Notes: generated by a model from the sequence alone, not told the origin. DNA of 64,000 bases from Octopus bimaculoides (GCF_001194135.2 NC_068983.1:137250945-137314944); one strand, 5' to 3'. Positions 27,336-40,755 are shown, counted from the stretch's first letter. A program made the numbers and translations.

Positions 27336-28599
27336 ATTTCAATTTCTCTCTGGTTAACGAGATATCAAAAGCAAAACATGACAGTGGTGTGCCTTTGTGT
27401 ACGGTGACTCTCAACTTATCAAAGAGTGCCCCATGCACTATGGATGTCAATGATAGGTCGTTTATATATTTGTAACGGAAATAGTATTCGTTGTAGTTCT
27501 GGGTCACCAATTTAACGGTTTGTGTCACCAATGTAACGGCAATGCAGTGGGTTGGTGATAGAATGATGTTGTAAGGGACAAGAAATTGAGTTAGTGAAAG
27601 TTATAGAGTCGATGGACGTTGTGTCTCAGAGTTGGCAGGTTGTAACCTTCTTTCTCCTTATGGCCGTTTGATCTCAAGTGGCTGCCTGCTTGTGGTCATG
27701 ACTCTAGTTGGTCTCTGTTCACTAACTGATTTTGCCTTACCAAATTCTAGTATTTATAACTATCCAAAACCAGCTAGAAGGATAGATATATTGTTGAGAA
27801 CAATAGATTTCGTTAGGGGTCTGTTGTCACTATTCTAGCTTTTGGTGGCCTAGAAGAGGTTAGAAGGGTCAAGTGGCAAAGATATTATTCTGCTTAGCGA
27901 TGGCATCTGGCAAGTGTAACTCGTGTCACTCACAGAAAAACTATTGTTTTACCGTGAGAAAAGTGCTGTTGAACTGTTAAGTGAAATTTGACTATCGAGA
28001 ATCGAATCCACGCTATGCCTGCATGAAACCACTACATATTTATCTGCTCAGCTTCATTGTTGTGTCAAAAATACATTATGACTCTATGAATGGGAGTTCG
28101 TATATTAGCTCCATAAAATTTCATTGCAAATTTCAAAGACACTACTTCAGAAACATTTTTATACTGATGATACTAATTCTAAAGCACAAAAGGATTATGA
28201 CCTGCACTTGTTGTGTAAACCACAATGGTTTGTATATAATGAGCTTGAAATGATGAACTGTTGTCTGATTCTGCAGGAAAACTGTATCTTTCTTTGACGA
28301 AAGCTTCACCAACCAAATTCTGATATTTAGTTTTCTTCAGTTGGTGAGAAATGTCGAGTCTGCTCTCCCAGAGCAGATGAATAATTTTGCGCTCCAAGAT
28401 AGTAAGTTTATCCAGATCAACTTGGGTGTGTCAGTATTATGTTTGTGAAGTCGCCAGGAGAGATCGATTTACCTGCATCAACAGTCATGTTCTGAAACAA
28501 AAGTTTCTTATTTAACCGTGAAGTCTGAGACAATTTTTAACGAAGAAATAGGTCGTTCATTATGTTCTACACAGCATCAGAAAGGAGAATGAAGAAAAA

Positions 28600-29800
28600 T
28601 TACTCCAACTTGAGTCTGGCGGTATGTTATCAAAGCTAAGGTCATTCGATGATACCCTCCCTAATTTTGTAGAGCATTATACAATCAAAATCCAATTGAG
28701 AAGTGAACTGAAAATCGTGGACTCCAGTTTCCCAGAAAGCTAATTTAGGCTTGGCTAAAATTTACAAAGTCTTTACTTTTACAATGGAAACAGCAAAAAG
28801 TTGCAAAAAGTTAATACTAAACTGCACACAACGTGAACTCGAAGTATTCTTACGTAAAATCCAAAACTGGTTCAGAAAAACTAGTCTAATGTTAGTTCTT
28901 AATACACTCTGAACGAACCAGACTTAAAACCTACGGCAGTCTACATAAAAACAGAAGCAAAATGGAGCTAATTCTTCTTATAGTGTCCCTTAAGAATTAG
29001 TAGCAGCATTAATTCAAGAAAGCAAGGGCTAATGAAGATATCACTTCTTCGACATCAACACAGGTGTCTCGCAGAGTGATATATTTGCACCATTCTTGCT
29101 TATCGTCCACTTAGTAAACGTCCTTCGAACTTTATTTGGCAAAATTTAAGAATTCTACTTTATTCAAATAAAATCCACCCCTCGTCAACATCCCACAATA
29201 ATAGTAGACGAAGACTGTATTGATGGTATCGTTCTCTTTACAAGCATCATCTCCGAATCCATAACTCTTTTAATGACCCCGAGAAAGCGGCAGAAGATAT
29301 TGCCTGTATGTCAATAGCTCCAAGGCTTAATGCATTTGTTAATCAAGAGGGCTTAATAAGCACAATCAAACAAAACTCTTTAAAATCCGTAGACTCCTCT
29401 ATCTTAGGAAGCAACACCACATCCAGAGAAAAAGTTTAAAAATCGTCTTGCAAAAGCATAGCTATGCTTGATGGCTACAATGTGTTCCGGAAGTCATCAT
29501 TCTCAGATCTTAAAACAATTTTCTTCCGCTACTGTGGACACTTACCAAATAACTGGTAACAAGGCTTGATGGTGCATACACCTGTATATTACAGGCCGTT
29601 CTGAATATCTCGTGGAAAAAGAGTCTGACTCCCCACTTCCTAAAAAAATCTGTACAGCAGCCTTCTTGTAGTCACTGATATCATTAGAGAGAGGCTTGTG
29701 CGTTTTGCATGGCATTGCTAGAGGACTAAGGATGCCTGCATTAACTATACATTCCATGAACATCCAGCATGGATTTAGACGACTCAGTCGTTCTGCAAAA
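28600..29800 (+). mobile_element. RTE-clade LINE RT relic, same type as 1141-1620
   Basis: FDINTGVSQSDIFAPFLLI, RLDGAYTCILQAVLNISWKK and IRERLVRFAWHC motifs, with many indels. Confidence 0.75.
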
Positions 29801-32800
29801 GTCTTCATCGATTGACTCTACTGACCTACCGAACGCTTATTGGTGTCGTGATCGAGTTGGGCCAATTCGACCAAGATTAGATAACTTTTTAAAATAAAAA
29901 AAAGTTAACGGATGAATACTCGAAATACAAATGGTTTTGAAGACATGGCTAAAAAAAGATTAGTTAAGTGGAGGCTAACATCAGACTTACCAAGTCCCAC
30001 GACTTTGATGTGAGTCGCATGATTTTACTCATAATCTCATGCCCTCGCTTTTTTACAAGCAATTTCGCACGCTTTCTCCAAAGACAAATCCCGCCAAAAG
30101 TTTATAACGTCTAAAAACCCGAGGTCCATTTTTAGCCTACTCATAGACCACTCTGCATGCGGCAGCATCATCTCCAGTTCGCATCATCCTACAGTTGACT
30201 CTGTGGTTCTGTTCTTAACTTGGCCTCTAGCTTTGAGTTATATTTATTATATACATTTGTTCTTTCTTATCACACACACACACATTAAAATCCTTAAGGG
30301 TACATTCTGTTTACTGTAGATATAACATGACATAGAATCCCAATTACGCTCACACTAAAACCTGCTCTGCTAGGAAATTTGATGGTGTCTCACTACTTTT
30401 TCGAACTCTAGGTTCGAATTCTCACGACTTTTGGTTTTTGAGGGTCGCTAGGTCTGTAATATACTCACTTTAGTGAGTCAAAATGAATTGTTAATCATGT
30501 ACTCGCAATGAGGAGGAAAATGATTAAGATAATTAATGATAATTATTGCCAAAGGGGGCAAATTAGTAAACTCCGGAATTTTAAGTGGTTAAAGAATAAA
30601 TGGAGTAATGGAGATTGAATGTGAGTTTTAGTAAAGACACTGACAACTCTAGACATGTTTTGATCTTATTAGTCCTCCCTGGCGAAGAAAAGTCTCGAAC
30701 GCATCTGTTAGACCTTGTGCAATTTAAATAAAAAGCATTGGAAAATTTCCAAGGGATGCGTTCTCCATAAAGAATATATGGTTAGGTGCAACATAATTTG
30801 GGATAATCTCGTTTTGTTAAGATATTTCAGAGTAATCAAAATGAAATTCAAAGAGCATTCCGAAATTGCAACTTAAGCTTTGAAATATATTCATGTATCA
30901 TAAATAAATAAATAAGTTATAGATGAGCCGATATCTTGTTTTATTTTGCTTTTGACCATGAGCGTCAGACAATGTATTTTTGTATTTAGATTCACCCTTT
31001 TTCATCAAGGTTGACGTGGCCTTATTTAATATACTGCAGTCGATTTGGATGCTTACACCAACAGGAGTTACTTATACAGTGCGTTTTTATTTATACGGAA
31101 GTATGGAAATAAAAAAAAAAAAGGATTTATTTTTACAAACTCGCGGTCCACTTGTTTATCACGAGCTAAAAACGATTACTAAAATACATTCAAATATGTC
31201 ATATATGATAAACTAAATATTTGACGGTAAAATAAATTATTCGTAATTCAAGCAAGCAAAAGTAACCCAATTCATTTGTCTCTTCTGAGAGGATCTTAGA
31301 GGAAGCGCAACAAAATAGACTACCCAAGAGGCAAAGCGGACTACTATCACTTTTACACTCGTCAGTCTACTTGACCAGAGAATCAGCCGTAAATTAATCT
31401 TCACTTCAGAAAAAAAATCAGTTTATGAAGAGACTGTTACATTAAGGAAAACACATGTCTAATGACGAGGATTTAGTTGCCAATGTGAGTATGATTTATG
31501 AAATGTAAGACAATTAAAGATATGTCTCAATCAATGAAAAAAAGTATGACGGACCATTCGTGTTTTTTTTTTATTTATTATATGTTACTTCTTTGTTTTC
31601 GTTCTAAATCATAACTTCGTGAGATTTTGCGTAGTTAACGTCGCCAATTATCGTTTGAACGATATTTCACTCCATCCTATTTTTCTGTATGAAAATTTTA
31701 GCATACATAACACATTTGTTCATAAAATCTATCACATGGACTACTCAGACAAAAAGATCTATGAACGAATGTACAGATCCGATTACACAAGTAGTACAAT
31801 TTATAGTCTGCAAAATAACAACGAATGACATTTTAAAAATTACTTTCTTTATATTTTAGTGTCAATAATCAGCCTAGCGTTGTTTTCAATTTCCATGATT
31901 AAAGTATAAGAAGGCCGCGCGCGCACACAGAAACTCTGCATGGTGTCTTATATAAATAAACATATAGACATACATGTGTGTATGTATATATGTATTCACG
32001 TATGTGTGTATGTGTCATTACTGATTCTTGTTTCTGTTCCCTATAGAGCCAGGATCCAATGCGTGGTCCTAAGGCTGTCAAAGGATCTGTTGTTACTATT
32101 TGTTATTATTTTTTAAAAAAGCCACTTTAACGATTGGTTTCATCCAGGGGTAGAGATTTCATAGAGTATGAAAGATGATATCAGAATATAATATTGTATT
32201 TTATTCATAATACATCCGCTCTATTAACCAATATATCACTGCCTGTATCTTTTGACTGGTTTTAGAAATCGTGTGTGTGTGTAGGAAGGCAGGCAAAATT
32301 GTACTTCAATGACATAAAAGTAAAAACAGTGCATCATTTATAAGCGTGTATTTATTATTTCCCATTGATTCCAGCTCTTAGCGTTTTGAGTTAAAATTCC
32401 GATGAGATCAACTTTGCTTTTCATCCTAAGGTTTCGAAGTTGATAAAATAAAATACCATTCAAGCACTGGATTAATGTAATCGACTTTACCCCTTCCATC
32501 AAAACTGTTGGTCTTGTACCTAAATTAAGAAGAATTGCTACTTCTCTTCGATGAGATTATTGACGTTTTTCTTCATATTCGTAGTGTGTTGTTTGCAGAC
32601 TTGTTTGTCTCCCACTTTTTAGTGAAATATCAAAATCAATATTTATTTAATGAGATCAGATAATGGATATCAAACATTGATATATTTCCTGAAGGCTTTA
32701 CCTTAACCAAACTGAGTAAACAGTGTGTGTGTGTGTGCGTGCGTATAATCACGAATGTTTACAATTTTTTAAATACATATTTTAATAAAAAAAAAAAAAA

Positions 32801-34139
32801 GAGAAAGAAATAGTCTCAAACGAATATGACAACCTGTGCATGGAGCTACATAATGTTTGAGTGTGTTGAAGTAAAACTTTGTCGAATGCAATTGTTTCGT
32901 TTTAAATAGCTTTCCTGGCGAAAATGTTGTCTAATTTGTAGGCGTATAAATAGTCCTAATCTAAGATCTGATATAATTGTTAAATTATTGAGTGTTCCAT
33001 ACCATATAGATAGTTTGCTGACAGTACAAATAACGTAAGTTTTGATAAAATACGCTCGCGAGACACATTAAGCTGGATGGAAATGCTAGATCATTTCAGA
33101 ATGAATGTTGTCAAAAATGCTTGATTGGTATTTGCCCGTTTCTTTGCGTTGTTTTGATGTTGATAACATAAAATTCCAGTTATTTGGTGCGAACGATTCA
33201 AGCAACTAATTTTCCACTCAACAACAAAATTGGCCTTTTGCCAAACAAAAATATAGTTTTATATGTCACAGGGAAATAATTTAGTTTATAAAATTATTAT
33301 TTTGAGTAAAGTTAAGCTCCTAGTGAGCTAGACCCCATGATGTTAATCATTTCAATTTCATTTATTTTGGTAATGCAATTGAGAAACTCAGGGACATCAC
33401 ACAATAGCATGTTGTGGGTCTGAACTTGAAATAAAATATGTGGGAAACAAACTTCTTAACACACAACCTCTTTTTACTTCTATTTTGTTTAATAATATTG
33501 ATTCAGATTTTGGCACAAGGCAGCAATTTCGAAGGCGGGGGTAAGTCGATTACATTGACACCAGTGCTCAACTGGTACTTATTTTATCGACCCCGAAAGG
33601 ATGAAAGGCAAAGTCGACCTCGGCAGAATCTTTTTTACTGTAAATCTCTAAGTAATTCAAGTGCTTTGGAATAACTTAAAACAGAAGTTGACCACAGACT
33701 ATTTGGATGACTTGCAGAAAGAAGTTCTATTAGAATTGAAATGTTTGACTGGATAAAGTGCTATGAATGCACATATACTCAGAAACAGAGGGTGCAAGGG
33801 GACCAAGCGCACCTGATAAAATAGTGTCTTGTGCTATAGCCAAAGGCCGACCAATGCATTGTGAGTGGATTTGGTAGACGGAAACTGAAAGAAGGTCATC
33901 GTTTATATATCTACACACAAATACACATATATTCACGGGACCTGGGCCGATGTACCAGCAGAACCCGCTTCGTATAGGTCGTATGTGTGTGTGTTTGTGT
34001 GCGTGCATGCATGCATATGTCATCTCCACCGCTTGGTAACCAGTGAAGATTTGTTTTATGTCTCCGTGACTTAGTGGTTCGGTAAAAGAGAACGACAGGT
34101 TTTAAACAATGACTGAAACAAGTAAAGGATAATCGATAA

Positions 34140-35410
34140 CATGATAATAAAAATAATTCCCTGATGCACCACCAGGCAGTGACTCTGGTGGCTTCTGATC
34201 ATAACTGATTGGAAGTGTTATCACATGTTTTTGTCTTGGTATAAAAGATGGGCCACAGGAAATATTCTGCTCAATACCACAAATTTGATTGTTGGTGACT
34301 TGGCCTTAAACGGTTGAGCATGTCACTTACTGGCTGACAATGCGTGTATCTCTGATCACGAGGAGTAATGGAGGAGCATCATAGCCATGTGTTGAAAGGC
34401 ATTCTTTGGGGTTTGAATAATCCACCCCTGGAAACATGGGTGTTTCATTCATGAACATTATTCAGGGACCTCTTGAGCAGGATGGGCTACTCGACCTTCA
34501 CTCGCCACACCGAGCTAAACCTAATGATTAAGCGGGTCCTGGGTCGGATTAATATCCCCTGTTCTGGAGCCGTCGGGGTTATCCAGAAGTGATGGAAAGA
34601 GACCAGATAATCTTACCCTCTGTCCCTGGGTTAGAGGAAGGTACCTCATTTGAGATGAAACAGTCTGCGACTCCTTTGCTTCCTCCCACATCCTGGATGC
34701 AGCAGTTAATGGGAGGGTCACTGCTTCCGTAGCCGAACGGAAGAAAACCCTGAAGTATCGGGACTTGATAGTGAACTATTTCTTCCAACCTGTGGCATTG
34801 AAGATGTTCGGAGGGCTGGGCCACTAACCGCGAAGTTCTTGTCACCAGGGTGTCAAGTGATACCCGTAAGGACGCTTGGCTTTCCCAACATCCTTAGCCT
34901 CACCAACGCCCGTAGTAATGCTGGCTGGCTTGCTTCAGTAGGTTTCGTTAAACCTTGTGGTGTGCGACGAGTTGCTGTAATAAAAACAAATTCCCCACTA
35001 ATAGTTTTGCTGTTTTAACAGAAAGATTTGGAAGAGTTAAATGAAAGTTCTCCGGTAATTTTCTTTCATGTAAATAAATATCTATGTTAATTTTAAAATT
35101 TGCCAGTAAAATCTTATAAAATGACAATGTTCTAAAGCATGCACATGTTTATATGTTATATATGAAAATATAAATTCGATTTACATTAGATCAAAAAAAA
35201 AAAAAGAAAATTCTAACTGGGCCCCGGTTGTAAGGTCATGCGCTGTTTATCTTGATATGAGATCACCATGTTGCACACATATGGTTGTGATGCATGTGCA
35301 TGGTGTACCCTTAACAGACGGGTAGTCATGATGAATATATTGGGCTTCGTATATTTGTATTCCAGTGTCAGTTTGATGGCATGCTTTACTTTCTCAATCA
35401 ATAATGATAG
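34140..35410 (+). mobile_element. dispersed repeat family E with (AAT)n tail, split by the CRE insertion. Uninterrupted copy at 39440-39720, inverted partial copy at 41510-41645
   Basis: The junction t.gacct|gaagaaa.ttctaact is contiguous at about 39580 but separated by about 700 bp at 34497/35206. Confidence 0.8.
34498..35205 (+). mobile_element. CRE-clade non-LTR retrotransposon, 5'-truncated, with 3' UTR and poly(A)
   Basis: Translation across frameshifts: [54 protein letters not shown]...AERKKTLKYRDL..YFFQPVA (REL endonuclease PD..D motif). AATAAA signals and an A13 tail at 35193-35205. Confidence 0.85.
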
Positions 35411-35583
35411 TACGAAAAAGTTCATAATTCCGTAGAGTGGAAAGATAACAAAGCTATAGGGGGTTCCGATGAGGTTGTTATCCACCCCTGATTGGAACTC
35501 TCCCGTTTGACATGTACGCATGCTCAGTGACTTGCTTTAACTTCCGCAGACTAACGACTCACATACTGTACTGACCGGTTAAT

Positions 35584-35850
35584 ATGTCTCCGAACAAATC
35601 ACGCAAATACTGCTGTATATGCAGCCACTATAGAGGGAAGAATGTAGACGGCAAAGTTATTTCACTACATAGATACCCTGCAAACGTAGCTATTCGTCGT
35701 ATTTGGCTTCAGAGATCGAAACTTGTGAGGAAAGACTTTGTTTACACTGCAAATAGCCAAATGTGTTCCCAGCATTTCGTCACTTTTAATGGACCATCGA
35801 AAGATCACCCCTTGCCATCCATTTTTCCAAACAAAGTATTTAAAATATCA
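35584..35850 (+). CDS. THAP zinc-finger exon (first coding exon of the ISL2EU-like transposase), phase-0 donor
   Basis: MSPNKSRKYCCIC...LHRYP...RIW...MCSQHF...PLPSIF (C2CH with P/W/F and an AVPTIF-like box). 89 codons followed by TCA|GTAAGT. Confidence 0.85.
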
Positions 35851-36661
35851 GTAAGTGCATGATCATATACGCAGTTAGTAGATGAGTGNNNNNNNNNNNN
35901 NNNNNNNNNNNNNNNNNNNNNNNNNNNNNNNNNNNNNNNNNNNNNNNNNNNNNNNNNNNNNNNNNNNNNNNNNNNNNNNNNNNNNNNNNNNNNNNNNNNN
36001 NNNNNNNNNNNNNNNNNNNNNNNNNNNNNNNNNNNNNNNNNNNNNNNNNNNNNNNNNNNNNNNNNNNNNNNNNNNNNNNNNNNNNNNNNNNNNNNNNNNN
36101 NNNNNNNNNNNNNNNNNNNNNNNNNNNNNNNNNNNNNNNNNNNNNNNNNNNNNNNNNNNNNNNNNNNNNNNNNNNNNNNNNNNNNNNNNNNNNNNNNNNN
36201 NNNNNNNNNNNNNNNNNNNNNNNNNNNNNNNNNNNNNNNNNNNNNNNNNNNNNNNNNNNNNNNNNNNNNNNNNNNNNNNNNNNNNNNNNNNNNNNNNNNN
36301 NNNNNNNNNNNNNNNNNNNNNNNNNNNNNNNNNNNNNNNNNNNNNNNNNNNNNNNNNNNNNNNNNNNNNNNNNNNNNNNNNNNNNNNNNNNNNNNNNNNN
36401 NNNNNNNNNNNNNNNNNNNNNNNNNNNNNNNNNNNNNNNNNNNNNNNNNNNNNNNNNNNNNNNNNNNNNNNNNNNNNNNNNNNNNNNNNNNNNNNNNNNN
36501 NNNNNNNNNNNNNNNNNNNNNNNNNNNNNNNNNNNNNNNNNNNNNNNNNNNNNNNNNNNNNNNNNNNNNNNNNNNNNNNNNNNNNNNNNNNNNNNNNNNN
36601 NNNNNNNNNNNNNNNNNNNNNNNNNNNNNNNNNNNNNNNNNNNNNNNNNNNNNNNNNNNNN

Positions 36662-36710
<49 letters not shown>

Positions 36711-36881
36711 TTGTTTGATTAAATAATAAATTTACAGCATTGAATCTAATATTCCTCTAATTATTAGACTTTATAGTGTGACTGTCCCTACCTCTTCTAC
36801 ACCTCATCATGCTCATGGCCAAATCAGTGAATGGTTGCTGAAAGCTATGCCCACGTAAAGCCGTATTTAACTTATTTGCAG

Positions 36882-37710
36882 AATATACAAGTGAATGGAT
36901 GTCCAGAAGATATTGAGACCAAGGAAGTTGAAGATGTGAATGTTACAGAACAGCTTGTAAGTCCTACCATGTCTATGTTGAACTATTCTTTAATGTTTCA
37001 TGATTACTGTGGTCCAGTTAATCCTGAATCAGTCTCAGCATTTACACACAAGTCAGTGCAGACTGTACAGGAAATTGGTACCAAGGAAATAGGAATACAA
37101 TGTGATCCTGCCAATAAACCTATTTCTACAAATAGCAGTACTCAGACGTTGGAAAGTAAGATGGTGGATTGTGAAACGCAAGCAAAAATACCTGTGCTTA
37201 CATATGAAGATGTGCAAATGATAATCAGAAGCTTCTCTTTTACACGAGAATACCAAATTCTATGACTTTTGATTGTCTTTTTGATGAAATTAAAGATGAT
37301 GCAGCAAGTGAAACTGCCAGACATGGTGCATCTACAGAGCAAAGGAGACCCAGACAGTTTCGATTAATTGATGAATTTTTTCTTGTACTTATGAGATTGC
37401 GACTTGGGCTGCTATTAGAGGATTTAGCATATCGCTTTTGCATTAGCACAACTACATGTGGCATAATATTTAATAAGTGGATTGATTACTTAGATGTCCA
37501 GTTATCATTTCTGGTAATGTGGCCATCAAGAAAAGCAGTGAATGACCATATGCCACCATCATTCCGTGCAAAGTATCCAACTTGTCGAGTTATAGTTGAT
37601 TGTACAGAAATACAAACTGAGACTCCTTCTTCTCTGCAAAGCAAATCATTGATGTACAGTGATTATAAATCACATATGACATGGAAGGGCTTAATAGGTA
37701 TCAGTCCAGC
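36882..37710 (+). pseudogene. transposase exon 2, frameshifted at about 37215 and truncated before the 2nd and 3rd catalytic residues
   Basis: Acceptor cttatttgcag|AAT is phase 0, compatible with exon 1. FHDYC motif. A 1-nt frameshift separates YEDVQ from DNQKLLFYTRIPNSMTFDCLF. The frame is fused to CRE sequence after GISPA. Confidence 0.8.
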
Positions 37711-37711
37711 A

Positions 37712-38358
37712 AAGTTCTTGTCAACGTTGGCAGCTCGCCTCACCAGGGTGTCAAGTGATACCCGTAAGGACGCTTGGCTTTCCCAACATCCTTAGCCTCA
37801 CCATCGCCCGTAGTAATGCTGGCTGGCTTGCTTCAGTAGGTTTCGTTAAACCTTGTGGTGTGCGACGAGTTGCTGTAATAAAAACAAATTCCCCACTAAT
37901 AGTTTCAATGCTGTTTTAACAGAAAGATTTGGAAGAGTTAAATGAAAGTTCTCCTGTAATTTTCTTTCATGTAAATAAATATCTATGTTAATTTTAAAAT
38001 TTGCCAGTAAAATCTTATAAAATGACAATGTTCTAAAGCATGCACATGTTTATATGTTATATATGAAAATATAAATTCGATTTACATTAGATCAAAAAAA
38101 AAGAAGAAAATTCTAACTGGGCCCTGGTTGTAAGGTCATGCGCTGTTTATCTTGATATGAGATCACCATGTTGCGCACATATGGTTGTGATGCATGTGCA
38201 TGGTGTACCCTTATCAGGTGGGTAGTCATGATGGATATATTGGGCTTCGTATATTTGTATTCCAGTGTCAGTTTGATGGCATGCTTTACTTTCTCACTCA
38301 ATAATGATAGTACGAAAACGTTCATAATTCTGTAGAGTGGAAAGATAACAAAGCTATA
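37712..38358 (+). repeat. direct duplicate of 34833-35458 (CRE 3' end + poly(A) + family E 3' half)
   Basis: About 630 bp, high identity with scattered substitutions. Copy 1 has a 19-nt deletion between tca repeats. Confidence 0.95.
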
Positions 38359-39068
38359 CATTGAAGTGATGCTACTGAAAGTGAAATGTAAAGTTCCAAA
38401 ACCTATCAAAGGTAATACAAGTAATATACACAATGTAGATACGCTTATACACAATTCACAAAAACAGGAAAATCAGGTCCCCAGATATTATTGAAAAGGC
38501 CGATCATTAATTTTTAAAAACATTATTGTTGTAATAATTTATGAGATATTAAAATGTGTTTAACAATATTATATACACAATCACATTGACACAAAATTCA
38601 TTTACATATATTTGAGGCGATCTTGTACTTTTCAGCCATCGTTATTTCTAAGATAGAAAACAAATTTTTTCTGTTCGTTGTTATACGAGGATTTTAGATT
38701 AGATTTTTTTTTTTCTCCTACTTTTAGACCCAATTTCATTCAACATGGGATTAAATATCTGAAAAGTACTTTGAAAGTTATTTTGTAAACTTAACAGCGT
38801 TAGTAAAGTTATCTCCCCTGCAATCTTATTTGGGTAATAAATGTCAAAAGATACTTATTCTTCTATTCTTTTACTTGTTTCAGTCATTTGACTGTGGCCA
38901 TACCGGGGCACTACCATCAAGGGTTTTTGCCGAACAAATCGACTCCAAGACTTATTTTTAAGCCTTGTACTTATTCTATCGGTCTACTTTGCTGAACTGC
39001 TAAGTTTCGGGGACGTAGACATAATCATGCGAACACCAGTTGTCAAGTGGTGCTAGAGGGACAAAGAT

Positions 39069-39116
<48 letters not shown>

Positions 39117-39874
39117 GACAGACTTCTTACAGTTTCAAGGCTTTGGTCGGCCTGAGGCTGTAGTAGAAGATACTTGCACAGGGTGCCACGCAGTGGGACT
39201 GAATGCAGTACCATGTGGTTGGAAAGGAAGCTTTTTGCTTCACAGCCTCAAGCTTTCATATTAATTAGTTGACTTCACATAATTTATCATTGAAATTAAC
39301 CACTAATAGTCTGTCACATCTTTTCCTGTAAGCAAAAGTAATAGGAACATCTTGAGATTTGAATTTTGTATGACCATCAGTTTAGTTAAAAAGGCCCACA
39401 AAAAAAGTCTCTCATAAACTGTTCAAACTGTTGGAAATAGCAGTGTTGAGTGGAATTCTTTGGAGTTTGAATAATTCACCTCTGGAATGAAACATGGATG
39501 TTTCATTCATCATCATTAAACAGCCCTTATTCAGAGACCTTTTGAGCAGGATAAACTACTTGACCTGAAGAAATTTCTAACTGTACAAGATCGTGTGCTG
39601 TTTATCTTGATATGAGACCACCTTGTTGCACACATTCGGTTGTGATGCCTGGTGTACCCTTCCTTATCAGACAGGTAGTCATGATGAGTATATTGGGCTT
39701 CATATATTTATACCTCAGCATCACTTTCACAAATGTTGCTGAGGTCAACTTTGCCTTTCGTCTTTTCGGGGTCGATAAAATAAGTACCAGTAGAACACTG
39801 GAGTTAATGTAATCAACTTATCCCCTACCTTCAAAATTGCTACTAAAATTTGAAATCATTATTACCTCCTTAGT

Positions 39875-40217
39875 GAACAATACCTCTGCCTTAGCGAAGG
39901 CAGAGGTTTTGTTTGTTTGTCTGTGGACTAGGTATCTCAAGAACCACTGGATGGATTCGGTTGAAACTTTCAGGGATGTTTGGCCTCACGACTGGCATGA
40001 AATGATTAGATTTTGGGATCGATCTAGTACTGGACAAGGATTCTGGATTATTTTTCCATTTGTTTTTGCTTAATTTTTGAGAGCAGTTGGGTTCATTTTT
40101 AGTATTCTCATTTGTGAGAGCAGTTGAGTTTATTTCAGATATTCTCATTTTTAAAATCATCTCTGGCTAATCGTTGGTGTTGCCTTGGCAGAGGTTTGTG
40201 CTCTCTGATCGCTCGTT
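39875..40217 (+). mobile_element. Helentron-associated non-autonomous element (HINE/DINE-1-like)
   Basis: 5' subTIR/palindrome tacctctgcc-ttagcgaa-ggcagagg, 3' subTIR ccttggcagaggt, then a short terminal stem-loop (gtgctctctgatcgc) and TT. Confidence 0.7.
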
Positions 40218-40439
40218 ATCACTATTATTATTATTAGGCATGGAAGTACCAACAGCTGAACCTTCCCAAGATGCATGCAGAGAGATGAAACTGTCTATCA
40301 TGCAATCATTCAGTATACATGCATTAGAGACTTGTGGCACTGTGCTGAGCAGTTGCTGTCTCGTGTAAGATGAATCCAGCTGTTCATCAAGTGTATAGTG
40401 AAGATCAATGCACCACCTTCCTTTAGCAGAGATGGAAGG

Positions 40440-40755
40440 TAGGTACATGGCTCAGTGGTTAAAGTGTCAGGCTCACAATCATGAGGTAGTGAGTTTGATT
40501 CCTAGTCCAGGCTGTGTTGTGTTTTTGAGCAAGGTACTTTATTTCATATTGCTCAGCTGTAGAAATGTCACTGGTGCCAAACTGTATCAGACTTTGCCTT
40601 TCTCTTGGATAATATTGGTGGTGTGAAGAGGGGAGGCTGTTATGCATGGGTGACTGCTGGTCTTCTATAAACAACTTTGCCCAGACTTGAGTCTTGGAGG
40701 GGAACTTTCCAGGTGCAAACTCATGGTCATTCATGACTGAAGGAGTCTTTACCCT
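40440..40755 (+). mobile_element. tRNA/CORE-type SINE
   Basis: A-box tggctcagtggtt, B-box gagtttgattcc, and CORE-like gtttttgagcaaggtacttta. CpG-decayed. Confidence 0.75.

Larger units (their letters stand above)
35459..37710 (+). mobile_element. PIF/Harbinger-group (ISL2EU-like) DNA transposon, THAP + HTH_Tnp_4 + DDE_Tnp_4, 3'-truncated
   Basis: The 5' end (A)GGGGGTTCCGATGAGG begins exactly where the duplicated flank diverges (compare 38358). It contains a THAP exon and a transposase reading DEFFLVLMRLRLGLLLEDLAYRFCIS...WPSR...CRVIVDCTEIQTETPSSLQSKSLMYSDYKSHMTWKGLIGISP. Confidence 0.9.

Noticed and set aside
31455-31490. Micro first exon ATG..MSNDEDLVAN|GTGAGT (phase 0)
   Set aside because: It has only 10 codons and no recognisable domain. 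Such matches arise by chance, so it is worth checking only if junction reads exist.
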